From the NCBI GenBank assembly GCA_951406725.2, contig OX597822.1, forward strand, positions 112,158,001 to 112,222,000: 64,000 nt of DNA, given 5' to 3'. Made by a program: the position numbers and the translations under genes. The notes below the pieces were generated by a model. That model ran no database searches and was not told the DNA's origin. It saw only the letters and a list, made by a program, of their open reading frames with translations. This DNA comes from Octopus vulgaris (lineage: Eukaryota). Positions 51,601 to 64,000 of this stretch are shown one piece after another. Position 1 is the stretch's first letter. Every line of letters starts with the position of its first letter.

Positions 51601-53857
51601 TCTTTGTACACACACTCATACATATCAATATCTATATATGCATTCATAAAAGGGTTTTGCTTGTTTGTAACCCATTGTCTTGTCAAGCATTCTTCACATC
51701 TCGTTCCTCTAACATTCAGCTCTCCATCACTCTTCTAAGGTGCTACCTGGCAGCTGTAATCACTCTTGGGCAAGTTACACGTTACTCCTCCCCATTTACT
51801 CTGCACTACCAGTTACCTCCTCCCTTCTCCCACCCACTCCATTTCACTGATTACTTCCTTCTGTGCCTTCAATTTTCTCTCTTCTGCCTTATTCCATTTA
51901 TGGGGTGCTGACATATCTGCTTTCAGTTTCAGCACCCTCTCAGACATACCTATTTCTTTACTACCCACAAGGGGCTAAACACAGAGAGGGCAAACAAGGA
52001 CAGACAAACGGATTAAGTCGATTATATCGACCCCAGTGTGTAAATGGTACTTATTTAATCGGCCCCGAAAGGATGAAAGGCAAAGTCGACCTCAGCGGAA
52101 TTTGAACTCAGAATGTAGCGGCAGAGGAAATACCGCAAAGCATTTTGCCCAGCGTGCTAATGTTTCTGCCAGCTTGTTGCCCTCTCATACACACCATCAT
52201 GCCCCATCCACTATACCTATTTCTTTAATACCCACAAGGGGCTAAACACATAGGGGACAAACAAGGACAGACATCTCACAACGTAACGGCAGACGAAATA
52301 CGGCTACGCATTTCGCCCGGCGTGCTAACGTTTCTGCCAGCTCGCCTCTATACCGACCTCTAAGTACCCCTCGATATCCCCCTCTTCACTGCTCCTACAC
52401 TTTACTCACCATCCTTCTGATCTACCTCCTTGAGGCACCACTATCTCTCACCTTAACCCCACTCCATTCTGACATTTCCAATCAACTGTATCTCTTCTAC
52501 CCCAAATTCTACCTTTTACTTCCCACTCATCATCATCATCCGTTCTCCATGCTAGCATGGGTTGGATGGTTCGACCGGGGATCTGGGAAACCAGAAGGCT
52601 GCACCAGGCTCCAATCTTACCTGGCAATGTTTCTACAGCTGGATGCCCTCCCTAACGCCAACCACTCCGTGAGTGTAGTGGGTGCTTTTTACGTGCCACC
52701 TGCACAGGTGCCAGGCGAGGCCAGTCGAAAATATCTGCTCACTCTTCTCACGACCCACTGTCTATATTCTCTTTTATGCTCAGCTTCCTGTACTCTGAGA
52801 GTTTGCTCTGGCACTCCAAAACTAAATTCTTTTCTCTCCCTGTCAACTATTCCCACCCACTTCTGAATGTGTGGTAGTTACGGATCCCCTCCATAGCAAC
52901 AGACCCATCCTTGTCTCTCAGTCATATATTAGAGCCTTTCAACACTTACAAAGCCACCACGCCCATTTTGTCGTGGAAATTTTCCCCCTTTACCTTTCTC
53001 CCTATTTGTGCATGTTTACTTGGCAATCTCAACAGAGACGGTGGCACAAAACAAAAAAAAAAAGAGAAAGCACCCAGTACAGCTTGTAAAGTGGTTGGCA
53101 TCAGAAACCATAACAAAAGCTGACACTAGAACTCAGTGCAGGTCTGCTGTTGGCTGGGTCCTGCCAAACCATCCAACCCAAGCCAGCAGGGAAAACGGAT
53201 GATAAATGATGACAGTCATACATACCAATATCTATATGCAAGTACACTCATATACATCCCCATATATATATAAATTATTAAGGTGACTATTCACAATTTA
53301 CAACTAAAAGGCAGAAGTCAGCACCATCTAACACTCATACATATCTATATATATACATATATATATACACACATACATATATATATATACACATACATAC
53401 CTATACATATATATACATACACATATATATACACACACACATACACATATATATACACACACACATACATATATACACACACATACACATATATATATAC
53501 ACACACATACACATATATATACACACACACATACCTATATATATATACACAAACACATATATATACACACACACATACCTATATATATATACACAAACAC
53601 ATACCTATATATATATATATACACACAGACACATACCTATATATATATATATATACACACAGACACATACCTATATATATATACACACACACATACATAC
53701 CTATATATATATACACACATACCTATATATATATACACACACATACCTATATATATACATACGCACACACATACCTATATATATATACACACACACACCT
53801 ATATATATATATACACACACACACACACCTATATATATATATACACACACACACACC

Positions 53858-53888
<31 letters not shown>

Positions 53889-54952
53889 CTATATATATAT
53901 ATACACACACGCACACCTATATATATATATATATATACACACCCACACAGACATCCTTCCTACACAGACTCTTGCACCCATCCACACATGTACGTGGGAG
54001 TCACGGGGGGAACTAAGAGAGGGTATGTCCTCTTTGTAGTTAAACTAAGTAAACGCGATTCAAGCGGGTATCTATTTCGTTAATATATGCAACAAAGAAC
54101 AGGGGACAAAGTACAAATCCTTATAAGACACCAAGCATCATATCATAGGATGCAGAATGTTGCCTTGGTACTGTGACTAACCAATTTTCAATGGACAATG
54201 AAGATCTCCAACTAGTTACAAAGATTAGTCTACCGCAGAGAACTTTGGCATATCTCGCCTGTCTGGTATTTATTGAACCCAGTGTGTGTGTGTGTGTAAA
54301 GCATACACACAAAACCGAGTACAAGAACCATTCTTAGCAAATTGAGAATACTATTAGGTGCAGACAACTTCGTTTTAACTAATAGAAAACTGTGAAGAAT
54401 TTCCAGTTTGGAAAATTGTTAAAATAATAAAGTGAATTTGAAAAGATGGGATGGAATAGGGAAAACAAATAAAGGCGAACTTCATGTTTTCATTTTAATA
54501 TTGAATATCCACAAGTATATATAAAGTAGCAGACCGAGTTTTTAAAGGATGTCATTTTGACGAATTTTCTGGAATAACTAATTGACATTAGCAGCAAACA
54601 GTTAAATTTTTTTCATTAGAATCTCAAATGAAATAACGAACATAATAAATAGATTTATATTGTTTTTATCTTTTATTAACAAATTACAAAAACACCAGTC
54701 TTTAGTATAGAACTATGACCCTTAATGAAGGACTGGGTGTGGTCACAGTATTTCTGAATGTACTGTCAAGGGTACGCGATGTAAAAAGAGAAAAAATAGC
54801 CCAATTTGTCAAGAGTTTAAAACATTTTAAGATGCAAGAATTTATGTAAAGTTTACCATTTTTAAATTCAGAATATATATAAACATATTTATTACCTGTG
54901 GATATACATTATCAGCTAAATAGGGTCGAGGAGGTAAGAAACGCATGTCCAT
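34608..54952 (-). CDS. CNOT9: CCR4-NOT transcription complex subunit 9 (RQCD1/Rcd1/CAF40), 9 coding exons, ~319 aa (298 aa from the MMNPQQ start)
   Basis: Exons translate to hallmark segments [137 protein letters not shown]. All junctions are GT-AG and phase-consistent. Confidence 0.97.
35941..36032 (-). CDS. CNOT9: CNOT9 exon [30 protein letters not shown]
   Basis: tttcag acceptor and gtgagg donor; conserved sequence. Confidence 0.96.
38016..38114 (-). CDS. CNOT9: CNOT9 exon [33 protein letters not shown]
   Basis: tacag acceptor and gtaag donor; conserved sequence. Confidence 0.96.
39207..39815 (-). mobile_element. CR1/L2-type LINE 3' fragment
   Basis: [46 protein letters not shown]; (TTA)n tail. 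Confidence 0.9.
40924..41019 (-). CDS. CNOT9: CNOT9 exon [32 protein letters not shown]
   Basis: ttctag acceptor and gtgagt donor; conserved sequence. Confidence 0.96.
42952..43058 (-). CDS. CNOT9: CNOT9 exon [35 protein letters not shown]
   Basis: ccacag acceptor and gtaatt donor; conserved sequence. Confidence 0.96.
44159..44246 (-). CDS. CNOT9: CNOT9 exon [29 protein letters not shown]
   Basis: caag acceptor and gtaaat donor; conserved sequence. Confidence 0.96.
44553..44784. repeat. ~100-bp-arm palindrome with a (GAC/GAT)n loop, derived from the piggyBac-like MITE
   Basis: The arms are reverse complements, which produces the mirror ORFs 44544 and 44557. Confidence 0.9.
46800..47180 (+). 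mobile_element. RTE-like LINE 3' fragment, with a near-identical direct copy at 50620-50990
   Basis: Shared ~350 bp from caccagtgcagaatcacc to gggtgaatgctgtctcaag; (CAAGT)n tail on the second copy. Confidence 0.75.
47307..47427 (-). CDS. CNOT9: CNOT9 exon [40 protein letters not shown]
   Basis: ttctag acceptor and gtaagt donor; conserved sequence. Confidence 0.96.
50012..50142 (-). CDS. CNOT9: CNOT9 exon PRMMNPQQ...[23 protein letters not shown]
   Basis: ttctag acceptor, |gtaggt donor, conserved Rcd1 sequence. Confidence 0.95.
51235..51555 (-). mobile_element. CR1-type LINE 3' end with a (TAAC)n tail; a shorter + strand copy lies at 2555-2720
   Basis: [24 protein letters not shown]; gttagttagttag tail. 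Confidence 0.8.
53330..53950. repeat. Compound (TA)n(CA)n minisatellite
   Basis: Repeating acacacacctatatatatat units. Confidence 0.95.
54896..54952 (-). CDS. CNOT9: CNOT9 probable first coding exon [19 protein letters not shown]
   Basis: ATG at 54952 and cag|gtaata donor. Phase 0, in frame with the next exon. Confidence 0.55.
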
Positions 54953-54999
54953 AGGAATTGTTGAAAGACAGAATAATAAAAACAGGAAATTTTGCGGTG

Positions 55000-55500
55000 A
55001 CAAACGAAGAATAAAGAATAAATCTGAGCCGAGGAGAGAGAGAGAAGTTGTGACACTCAGGAGGGAAGATTACGATCTGAGAACTTTCCAAACAGTTTCG
55101 CTTTTAAATACTTTCCTTTCTCCATAATTTATTCATTTTTCTTCTGAGGCAGAAATTATTGGTTCCCGCATTTCTACTTTGGATCCGTAAATTTTTACGC
55201 CGTTAATTTATGGATTGTAAATTTACGGATATTAAAATAAATCAGGTGAGTTTTTGAGCCGTTTTAAATAAACAAATAAAGGAATAGAAGATATTATATT
55301 TACCTGCTGAGCACTGATTGTATGCATTCTATAGAAAGGGCAAAACAAGACTTGCCGGAAGTCCCAGCTCCGCAGTGAATCATTTCCGTTTCGTTCTATA
55401 TTAAACAACTAAGCGTTACGGGGAATTGCAAGGAACAGCAGGTCCGCAGTGAAGGTTCTCGTTTCTTATTAGAGTTTAACCTCTATTACGTCGTTCGCTA
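55000..55500 (-). promoter_or_regulatory. Probable CNOT9 promoter / 5' exon region
   Basis: CpG-richer unique sequence upstream of the first coding exon, an ETS-type CCGGAAGT near 55355, and a minus-strand donor cag|gtaaat at 55304/55303. Confidence 0.4.
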
Positions 55501-55510
55501 TATAAAACAG

Positions 55511-56206
55511 GGCACTACTTGAGAACAGTGGTCCCGGTGCGCGCACTCGCGCTAGCTAGTCAGGACTAGTCGATCCTTACTTTGTGGTTTTGTGTTATTT
55601 ACTTTGTTTCAAAAAATTATTTACTTTGTTTAAGAAAAAGGAAACTGGGCGATCTTTCGTCTCTAGTAGACCTTTCCGTCGATTTCCGTAAAAAAATTTT
55701 TTTTACATATGGGCTTGCGGGAACTTTTGAAGTAATATACATACATGTTGTACACATACACCGAGTAAAAAATTTCACTTATCTCTTTCTTTCACACATT
55801 ACTCTGTCTCTTCACACACACTAACAGAAGCACTTCACTTACACAACATACTGTCTGTCTCCCACACCCCATCAAACACACACACACACACATGTACATC
55901 AATTCTTTCCCATGCACGGTAACTTCAAAAGAACTTCCCTCGTCATAAAATGGCTTTCTCTTAGTCTCTTTCGCTCTCATTACTTCAAAAGTTCCCGCAA
56001 GACCATATGTAAAAAAAAAAAAATTTTACGGAAATCGACGGAAAGGTCTACTAGAGACGAAAGATTGCCAAATATCCTTTACTTTGTGTAAAAAAATTAT
56101 TTATTTTGTGTTTTATTTACTTTGCTAGGTAGTCGTTGTAGGATCGACTAGTCACGATTAGCTAGCGCGGATGCGCACATAGGGACCACTGTTCGCTAGT
56201 AGTACC
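55511..56206. mobile_element. Longer foldback member of the same MULE-like MITE family
   Basis: Same termini as 30339-30553 (opposite orientation) plus ~90-bp internal inverted repeats at ~55645-55735 and ~55985-56070. Confidence 0.8.
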
Positions 56207-59200
56207 GGGTCACCTACTTGCAAACAAATGTGGTAACATGTAACAGTATTGACCGAGGTTACCGTGGTCTTTTTCGTAGGCTTTTCTTTCCACGGATAAA
56301 CCTTATCTGCTTCCCCCCTTTACACTTTACACCATGACATTTCTGTGATACACGATCCCTATTGATCGTTTCTTTTTCTTTTTTCTTTCCCTTTTGATCG
56401 AAAACCTACCCCACTTTTTTTTTGTTTTGTTTCTCTCCCCCAAAAGAAAAGCTCTACCTTGTAATCTGTCCCGTCTGTGTGCAGCCCTGTGTGGCTAATA
56501 AAGAAACATATTACGCCGTTCACTCACTCATTTCGCTTGGGGAATCATAAAATAATTACTAAAAATTACATAAGATACACTTCTATGTTGTTTTAATAAT
56601 TATTATATTTTATGGCAATGTTTTATTTTGTAAATTTCTTGAGCGATATTCAATATTTATTATGCAGAAAGATGAATAAAATTAAGTTAAAGGTCAATTT
56701 TATTTTGTAAAAAGATATTTCAGTCTCTTTTAAATTAACACAGTTAAGATCATTACTAGACCTTTTTATTAATCGAGTTATTATATAACTTGAATTTCTG
56801 CTATAGCCCCGGGCCGACCATTGCCTTGTGAGTGGATTTGGTAGACGGAAACTGAAAGAAGCCTGTCGTATAAATATATATATATATATATATGCTTGTG
56901 TGTGTTTGTCCCCCTAGCATTGCTTGACAACCGATGCTGGTGTGTTTACGTCCCCGTCAACTAGCGGTTCGGCAAAAGAGACCGATAGAATAAGTACTGG
57001 GCTTACAAAAAGAATAAGTCCCGGGGTCGATTTGCTCGACTAAAGGCGGTGCTCCAGCATGGCCGCAGTCAAATGACTGAAACAAGTAAAAGAGTAACTA
57101 AGCTATTCAGGTCCGTAATGTATTATATTTATCTATACTCAGAAAAATTCCTCGAAATTAGTCCGAAGAATCTTGTTTCGGACTGCGTCGATAAGTAAAA
57201 AGGTAGAAGTATGTGTCGTGAGAATTACTTATGGCTTTCATCAGTCTTTCGTAATATCTGTCCTACGTAAGTTGGATTTCCTCGCACGGGGTGGGGGCAA
57301 CATTTAAAGAATTGTAGATTAAATATTTTCTCAAGGAAAACCTTTTTCCTCAATATTCTGAAGTGCCAGAGTTAAAAAAAAAAAAAAGTTTAAAATCCTG
57401 GCTAAACGGAGAAAATTCAACTTGTGGGAACAGCTATTCCGAAAGTTTGCCCTTTCTTCGAGTAAAGAGTTTTGCCAAAAATATCAGAAATCATTTTCTA
57501 TAATTTGAAGAAAATGAGTTATTTTATTTTAAAATGAAGATGTTTTCGACCATTCTTTAAATAATTTTTTTTTTATTTTAGTTAAGGGGAACATTTCCTT
57601 GGTTCATATTCTCAAGAAAAATAAAAATGAATGGTTTTTGAAGAATTATTTCTCAAGTATTTAAAGAAAGGTCGAAAGAATAAAATCTTCTTTGAGAATG
57701 AATGACGGAGAATTCTTCAAAAGGAAAAGAACTATTCTGAGGTGAATACAACTTCCGGTTAATGAAGTAATAATTAGATAATAATATATTTTCTAAACAA
57801 ATATTTCATGTAATAATTACTTAATTTTACCCACGATATTAATCAAAACCTGTATGGAATCACTACGAAATAAATTATTTTTATATATATAAAGAAGCAT
57901 TTAAATAATATTTTTTTTTTTTTTGTGGGGTAGCAATTCAGCAGAAAAGTATTACGAATGAGGAAACCAACAAACAAAAAAAAGAAATCACAAATGTCAA
58001 TATTCCATTATTATTCATAAGTCGATCCTCACTTGACGGGTAATTTCTCAAGAATCAGGGCATTACTCACACCCAATTGAGAGCTCAGTCTCTTAATTAG
58101 TACATCGCAAGTTGGCTGTTTTGCTATGAGGGCGCACTTGGAGCAAATAAAAGACTAATTAAGACCATGTCGAAATTGGGAGAGAAAAATCTCTTTGCTT
58201 TTGCCTTGCACACACTTCATTCACACAACTGACTCTCAAACTTTCACTAAAACCTCTTTTATTCCCATTAATTATGTTACCAAAATACCAGGCTGAAATA
58301 CTCTTTTTATTATCAGAAAGTTGTTAGATATCTCTGTGGTTTTTATTGGGATGCTTGGATGAAGGGAACCAGTTTTCTTTTGATATTTTCTCCTCCTAAA
58401 ACCATTTCCTATGGCCAAACTCAGTTGTGATCAACACTCGCAATAAAACCAACCTTATTACTTTATATTGTTATCCTTGAAATCAAAGGTAAGTGATCGA
58501 ATTACCTGTTTTTAATGAGCAATGTCTGTGTAACAACAATAATCTAGACATAATGTTCCATTCTTTCTACTAAAATTATTGAGATTCTTGATTTTCATTT
58601 AATCAGTCTTTTTGTGGACGATTAATTACGCTTTGTTTTCATAGATTTATTATTATTATGATTAATTTTTTAAGTTGAATTCACCTGGAATTTGGTACGG
58701 AAGTCTTTTTACCTGTTGTTTACTTGTATTTACTGTTTACTAATAAGTCTTTTGTTTACTCCTTTTTGTTTTTTGTTATTAAAATTCTGGACAGAAATAA
58801 GAACATCTCATTTGTACCAGCTGCTGACACTATTTACTCATACTATTTAACCTTGTTTTGTTTTTCATACAAACTCTTCTGAAAGCCAGAGTTCTTTTAA
58901 TTCTCATCATTCATGGCATAAACAGGAAAGAAAGCAAAACATTTCAATCCACAACACCTACATCATCATCATCACCATCATAATCTTCTCTAAAGCATCA
59001 TTTCGTTTATTTTCTGTCCACTAGTACTACTACTACCTGGTTTGTTTTCGATTTATACCAAAGGACTGGGTTCTGTTGGAATTACGTTGGAAGGCGTAGA
59101 ATAGAAATAAATTTTAGATTAGTTTTAGATTATATAAGGACACCCTTTTGTATGTATTTCGTCGACCTTAATCTAGAAGTACTCTAACTTTTATATTTCT

Positions 59201-62200
59201 GTGACCCCCAGTAATTTAGCATTTGGTAAAATTTGACCCACTCCCCAAAAAATATCAAAGGTTAATATCCGGAATACGATCTCATTACCTGATGTCCTTC
59301 CTATGTTATATTCAAACTGATTTACGTAGCTGTGCAATACGAAGAAATACAAATGAAAGGGGGAAAATTTAAAGAAAATGAAAATAAACGAATACTAAAT
59401 ATATTTAGTCTCGATGTACGAAGATGTTGTGCTTCAGATTCGATTCACTAGAAGAAAAAAAAGTCATCTGATAATGGAAAAAGAAAAAGCATTAACAGGT
59501 AGATTGGAGAATGTTATGCCAAATTGAAAATTAACAAACAAAGCTTTTGATATTCGCATTAAAACGAAGGCATATTATATAATATTGACATTATCAAATT
59601 GCCAGGCATTCATTATTGCCCAATTAATTTAGGTGTTCTGTGTTTGATGGAAGGGCAGACATAGCAAAAGAGTTCTGAAGAAAGCATTATCATAACAAAG
59701 TCCAAGATATTATTATAGTGTGGGTTCATAACATTGGGAAAAGCTGGGTGCGTGGTGAGACGAATCTGACAAGTTGAGGGCCATTATAGTAGTGTACGTT
59801 TTTAATTGCTAGGTTCAAGAAAGAAGGCAACCACTTAAGAAGACTGCATAAGATCGTGGGAAGAAGTGTTTGGTTGGAAGTGGATAGCTGCTGTTTGTGG
59901 TGCAGTTAATGTTGAAGATTAGCGTATTGTAATAGTTTTAAAATTAGAAAGCTATGTTTTTTTTTCCTCTTTCATTCCCTAATGATTGAAGTGTCAGCCT
60001 CTACTTTTAAGTACAAAACTGAAATCTCTAACGAAATTCAAATCAAATGTTCATTCGTCCTCACAGATTGTGTCTCTATATCTGAAGTGAATCACTGTTA
60101 ATAAGTCCCTGAAGTATATAATATAAAAGATACACAGTCGAACACTTGTTAACATGGCCTCTTCACTAAAGTAATTATGTTTAATGATGTTGTAGTTAAG
60201 AATTGATCAGCTAGTATTTGCAAGAATCAGCTGAAATAATTACATAGTGAAAATAACTATGATTGAAAATTATCATCCAGTATTTTCGAAGAGTGCTCTT
60301 TGCAGTACAGGCTTTGATGACATCAACTATTATTTATAAATACTTTTAGATGCTTCTGTTTTTTTCTTTCTTTCATTCTTTGCTACTAATTTGTTGTTTG
60401 GATTTGAGATGAGCTTTTATTAAAGTATTCCCAAATTATTAAACTTCTCTTTTGTATGAATTGAATTTTTTTTTGTTGTTATTTTTATTAGTCCAGTCTC
60501 CAGTTGTCTTAGGCTGGGCTCAAACTCAAATGCTTTTATTTATAATGCAGTTTTCAGCACTTTTTCCATTACTCATTAAACTCATTTCACTAATTATAAC
60601 CATTTTGAAGTTAAATTGTTATCCTGATTTCCCCCTTGCAGTTGTCTGTCTGTGATACCAAACTTTATTTACTTGAAATGAACTCAACTCCCAGCTTCAT
60701 GACTCGAAATTTCTCATACACGTCTTTAACAAGAATTAAATTAAGTGCATATAAAGATGAAATAAACATCGGAGATACTTTGTCCTATGCAAAAACTGCA
60801 GGAGCTATTCAGAGGTTTTGCAAGCTCTTCTAAATCCATTGCAATGCTCGAAACCCTTCCATATTGTCAGCAAATATCACAGGGTCACACGTGTTTCACT
60901 CCTTTGCCTGTATGCTTCATCTGAGTGTGACAGTGTGAACTGAACTAGTCTTCACCTGTGGAAGGCTTCCGTTTGTGGTCTTTTATCAACCATAACCACC
61001 CTGAGCTGCTGTGCCTGTCCCTTTGATGGCTCTCTCTCCTGTTGTCTGGGTTCCAGACCTATTCTCCACAAGAAATAGGGCATTTTCCTTGCTGGAAAGC
61101 CATGGTAGCTGACCAGTGGGGTATGAGGCTGCATGCCATCCTTTGACAAGGGCCTCTTTGACTAAGTCCCGATATTCTGTTTTTTGTTTACCTGGTGGGA
61201 TATATCGAGTATGTTCTTCCCTGGCTCTGTGAGTTCAACCACAATGATTGTTTTTGTACTCCTGGAGAGTGGGGACATGTCTGGTCAGAGTGATATTAAC
61301 ACTATCACCTCTAAGAAGACAAATCAGCCCTTCAGGTCCACTTGCATCTCCCAGTTGGAGGTTGAATGCAAAATAGAAAATGGGTCCCTTGCCTTTGCTT
61401 TCACCTTTGAGCTTTGTTGCCTTCTTTAAGAATTGGATACCCTTTGGTGGTGGTGGTGGCTGGAGTTTATTAGTCTATACTCTTTGCAGATCGGTCCACT
61501 CACTGACTTTTGCAAGAATCCTGTCATAATTTATTTCTTTATTTCCCCTCAGGGGACTAAATATAGAGGGGACGAACAGGGACAGACAAAGGGGTTAAGT
61601 CGATTACATCGACCCCAGTGCGTAACTGGTACTTAATTTATCGACCCCGAAAGGATGAAAGGCAAAGTCGACCTCGGCAGAGTTTGAACTCAGAGCGTAA
61701 CGGCAGACGAAATTCCTATTTCTTTACTATCCACAAGGGACTAAATATAGAGGGGACAAAAAAGGACAGACAAAGGGATTAAGTCGATTACTTCGATCCC
61801 AGTGCATAACTGGTACTTTATTTATCGACCCCGAAAGAATGAAAGGCAAAGTCGGTTAAAATGTGGTTTAGGGCAGAAAGAGTGCTTGCAGGATGGGTTT
61901 TTTTCGTTTGCTCCATATTTGAAAGTTATTTGGGGTTGGCAGGAGATCAGTAATAGCACAAAGCATAGAGGACACTTTTCTCTGGTCAGTGTTTCAGAGT
62001 TCCTTCTAGGACATTGGGTGCTAGAGTGCTGGGTCCCACTGTATCCATTGACACTGGGGGGGAAAACCCTAATGTTTTCACCTAGTGATCCTTGTCTGTT
62101 GAATCATGGATCCGTTGCACTATGAGCTATGCACTATGCTCCTGGTATTGGTGTTTTTCCACCTCTTGGTGCTGTAGTTGCCAAGTCCAAGTTGTCCTTG

Positions 62201-64000
62201 GCTTACTACTCTGACAGTCTCCTGGTGTTTCCTGTTTGTCCCCACTTCTTTCACAGCTTCCTGGGGTTTTCATTTTCTGCTACATTTTGTTTCATAGTTT
62301 AACATCTGTTGATGGGCTCCCTGAATTAAGATAAAATTTGGACTAAGCACAAAATCTATAGTGCATTGAGATATAGTGGAATATATTAAAACTACTAGCA
62401 CGAGCCCCGTGCTAGTAGGGTATTAAGAGCACCATCCGTGCGTGATCATTGCCAGAGCGGCTATCTGGCCTCCATGCCGGTGGCACATAAAAAACACCAT
62501 TCGAGCATGATCGTTACCAGCATCGCCTTACTGGCACCTGCGCCAGTGGCATGTGTAAAAGATTCGAGCGAGGTCGTTGCCAGTACTGCCTGACTGGCCC
62601 CGTGCCAGTAGCACGTAAAAAGCACCCACTACACTCTCGGAGTGGTTGGCGTTAGGAAGGGCATCCAGCTGTAGAAACTCTGCCAGATCAAGATTGAAGC
62701 CTGGTGCAGCCGTCTGGTTCGCCAGCCCTCAGTCATACGTCCAACCCATGCTAGCATGGAAAGCGGACGTTAAATGATGATGATGATGATGATGATAATA
62801 TTAAAAGTTTTCTGGCTGTGCAATTGATGAGAGGTAAAGGTGAGTGAGTGATGAGTAATAGGGATATAGGTACTGGGAACAAAAGCAAGAAAGATAAAGG
62901 TATAAGCAAAAGGGGGCATGATTGATGACAGTGGTATGGATAATAGATAGATATGTAATAGAGATGTGTGATACAAGGGACATGAGAAAGAGTCTTGAGT
63001 GATATGGCTATCACTGAAGGGGTCGATGATGTACACGGACAGTAGGCAGACATGCATGCAATATATATGTGCTCACCAGTACAGGCATAAATCTAGCAAT
63101 ACATACCAGTGTTATCATCATCATCATCGTTTAACGTCCGCTTTCCGTGCTAGCATGGGTTGGACGGTTCGACCGGGGTCTGGGAAGCCAGGAGGCTGCA
63201 CCAGGCCTAGTCTGATCTGGCAGTGTTTCTACAGCTGGATGCCCTTCCTAACGCCAACCACTCCGTGAGTGTAGTGGGTGCTTTTTACGTGCCACCGGCA
63301 CAGGGGCCAGGCGATGTTGGCAACGGCCACAATCGGTTGGTGCTTTTTACGTGCCACCGGCACAGGGGCCAGGTGAGGTTGGCAATGGCCATGATCGGTT
63401 GGTGCTTTTTACGTGCCACCAGCACGGAGGCCAGTTGAGGCGGCGCTGGCAACAGCCACATTCGGATGGTTCTTTTACGTGCTACTGGCACTGACAAATA
63501 TACCAACAATTTTAAAGATCATTTTGTCATGCCTGAGTGGGTAAGTAGATCTTTTCCCACATAGCATACTGCGAGTCATTGGAGCCCCTTGTCTCCCTCA
63601 TGAAGTGTAACAGCACTTGAGATCTGATTTCACTGTTTTGTCCCAAGTTTTCCTCAGTCTCTCTCTTCCACAGATTTCATTTACTTTGAGTGCTTGGCAA
63701 ACCTTTATACAACATTTCCTCCATATGTACCACATACCAATGCAGGCTTCTCTCTTGCACACCACAACTGGCTCTTCTTTGTTTTAGTTTTTCTCTCAGC
63801 TTATTTATGCTCCATCATTCACACACACTTATATTATATCCAGTGATGCATGCTTACCTCATTTCTTTCTAGGGTTGCCAGACCCTTTGCTTTCAAGGTT
63901 CACATCTCATTACAATGTAGCATCACACTTTACACATAATCTTCATAGAATCTTCCTTTTATTCTGAGGGAGAGGTTCCTTTGTTGCCAGTAGAGTTAAT

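Noticed and set aside
53283-54083. 266-aa His/Thr/Tyr/Ile-rich ORF and similar ORFs at 26356-27922
   Set aside because: Translations of TA/CA microsatellites.

Overview
AT-rich, microsatellite- and SINE-dense animal DNA. The SINE families and TA/CA tracts suggest an octopus (cephalopod) genome, which is an inference. Two convergent intron-containing genes can be assembled by hand. (1) Minus strand, 34608-54952: a complete 9-coding-exon CNOT9/RQCD1 (CAF40), with all splice phases consistent. (2) Plus strand, 5003-30015: a gene the ORF track does not show. It encodes a ~128-aa protein with a signal peptide, a basic propeptide-like segment and a clearly cytochrome c-derived domain. That domain has lost the CXXCH heme-attachment segment and the Met80 ligand and has a Cys pair at positions equivalent to 36 and 102. 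It has two paralogous, intact C-terminal exons (22008-22156 and 29864-30015) that look like alternative isoform ends. A secreted, heme-less cytochrome c paralog is the main candidate for a novel system. The rest is transposon debris: a CR1/L2-group LINE with a CCCH ORF1, CRE-like and Penelope-like relics, mariners, Helitrons, piggyBac- and MULE-like MITEs, and several SINE families.
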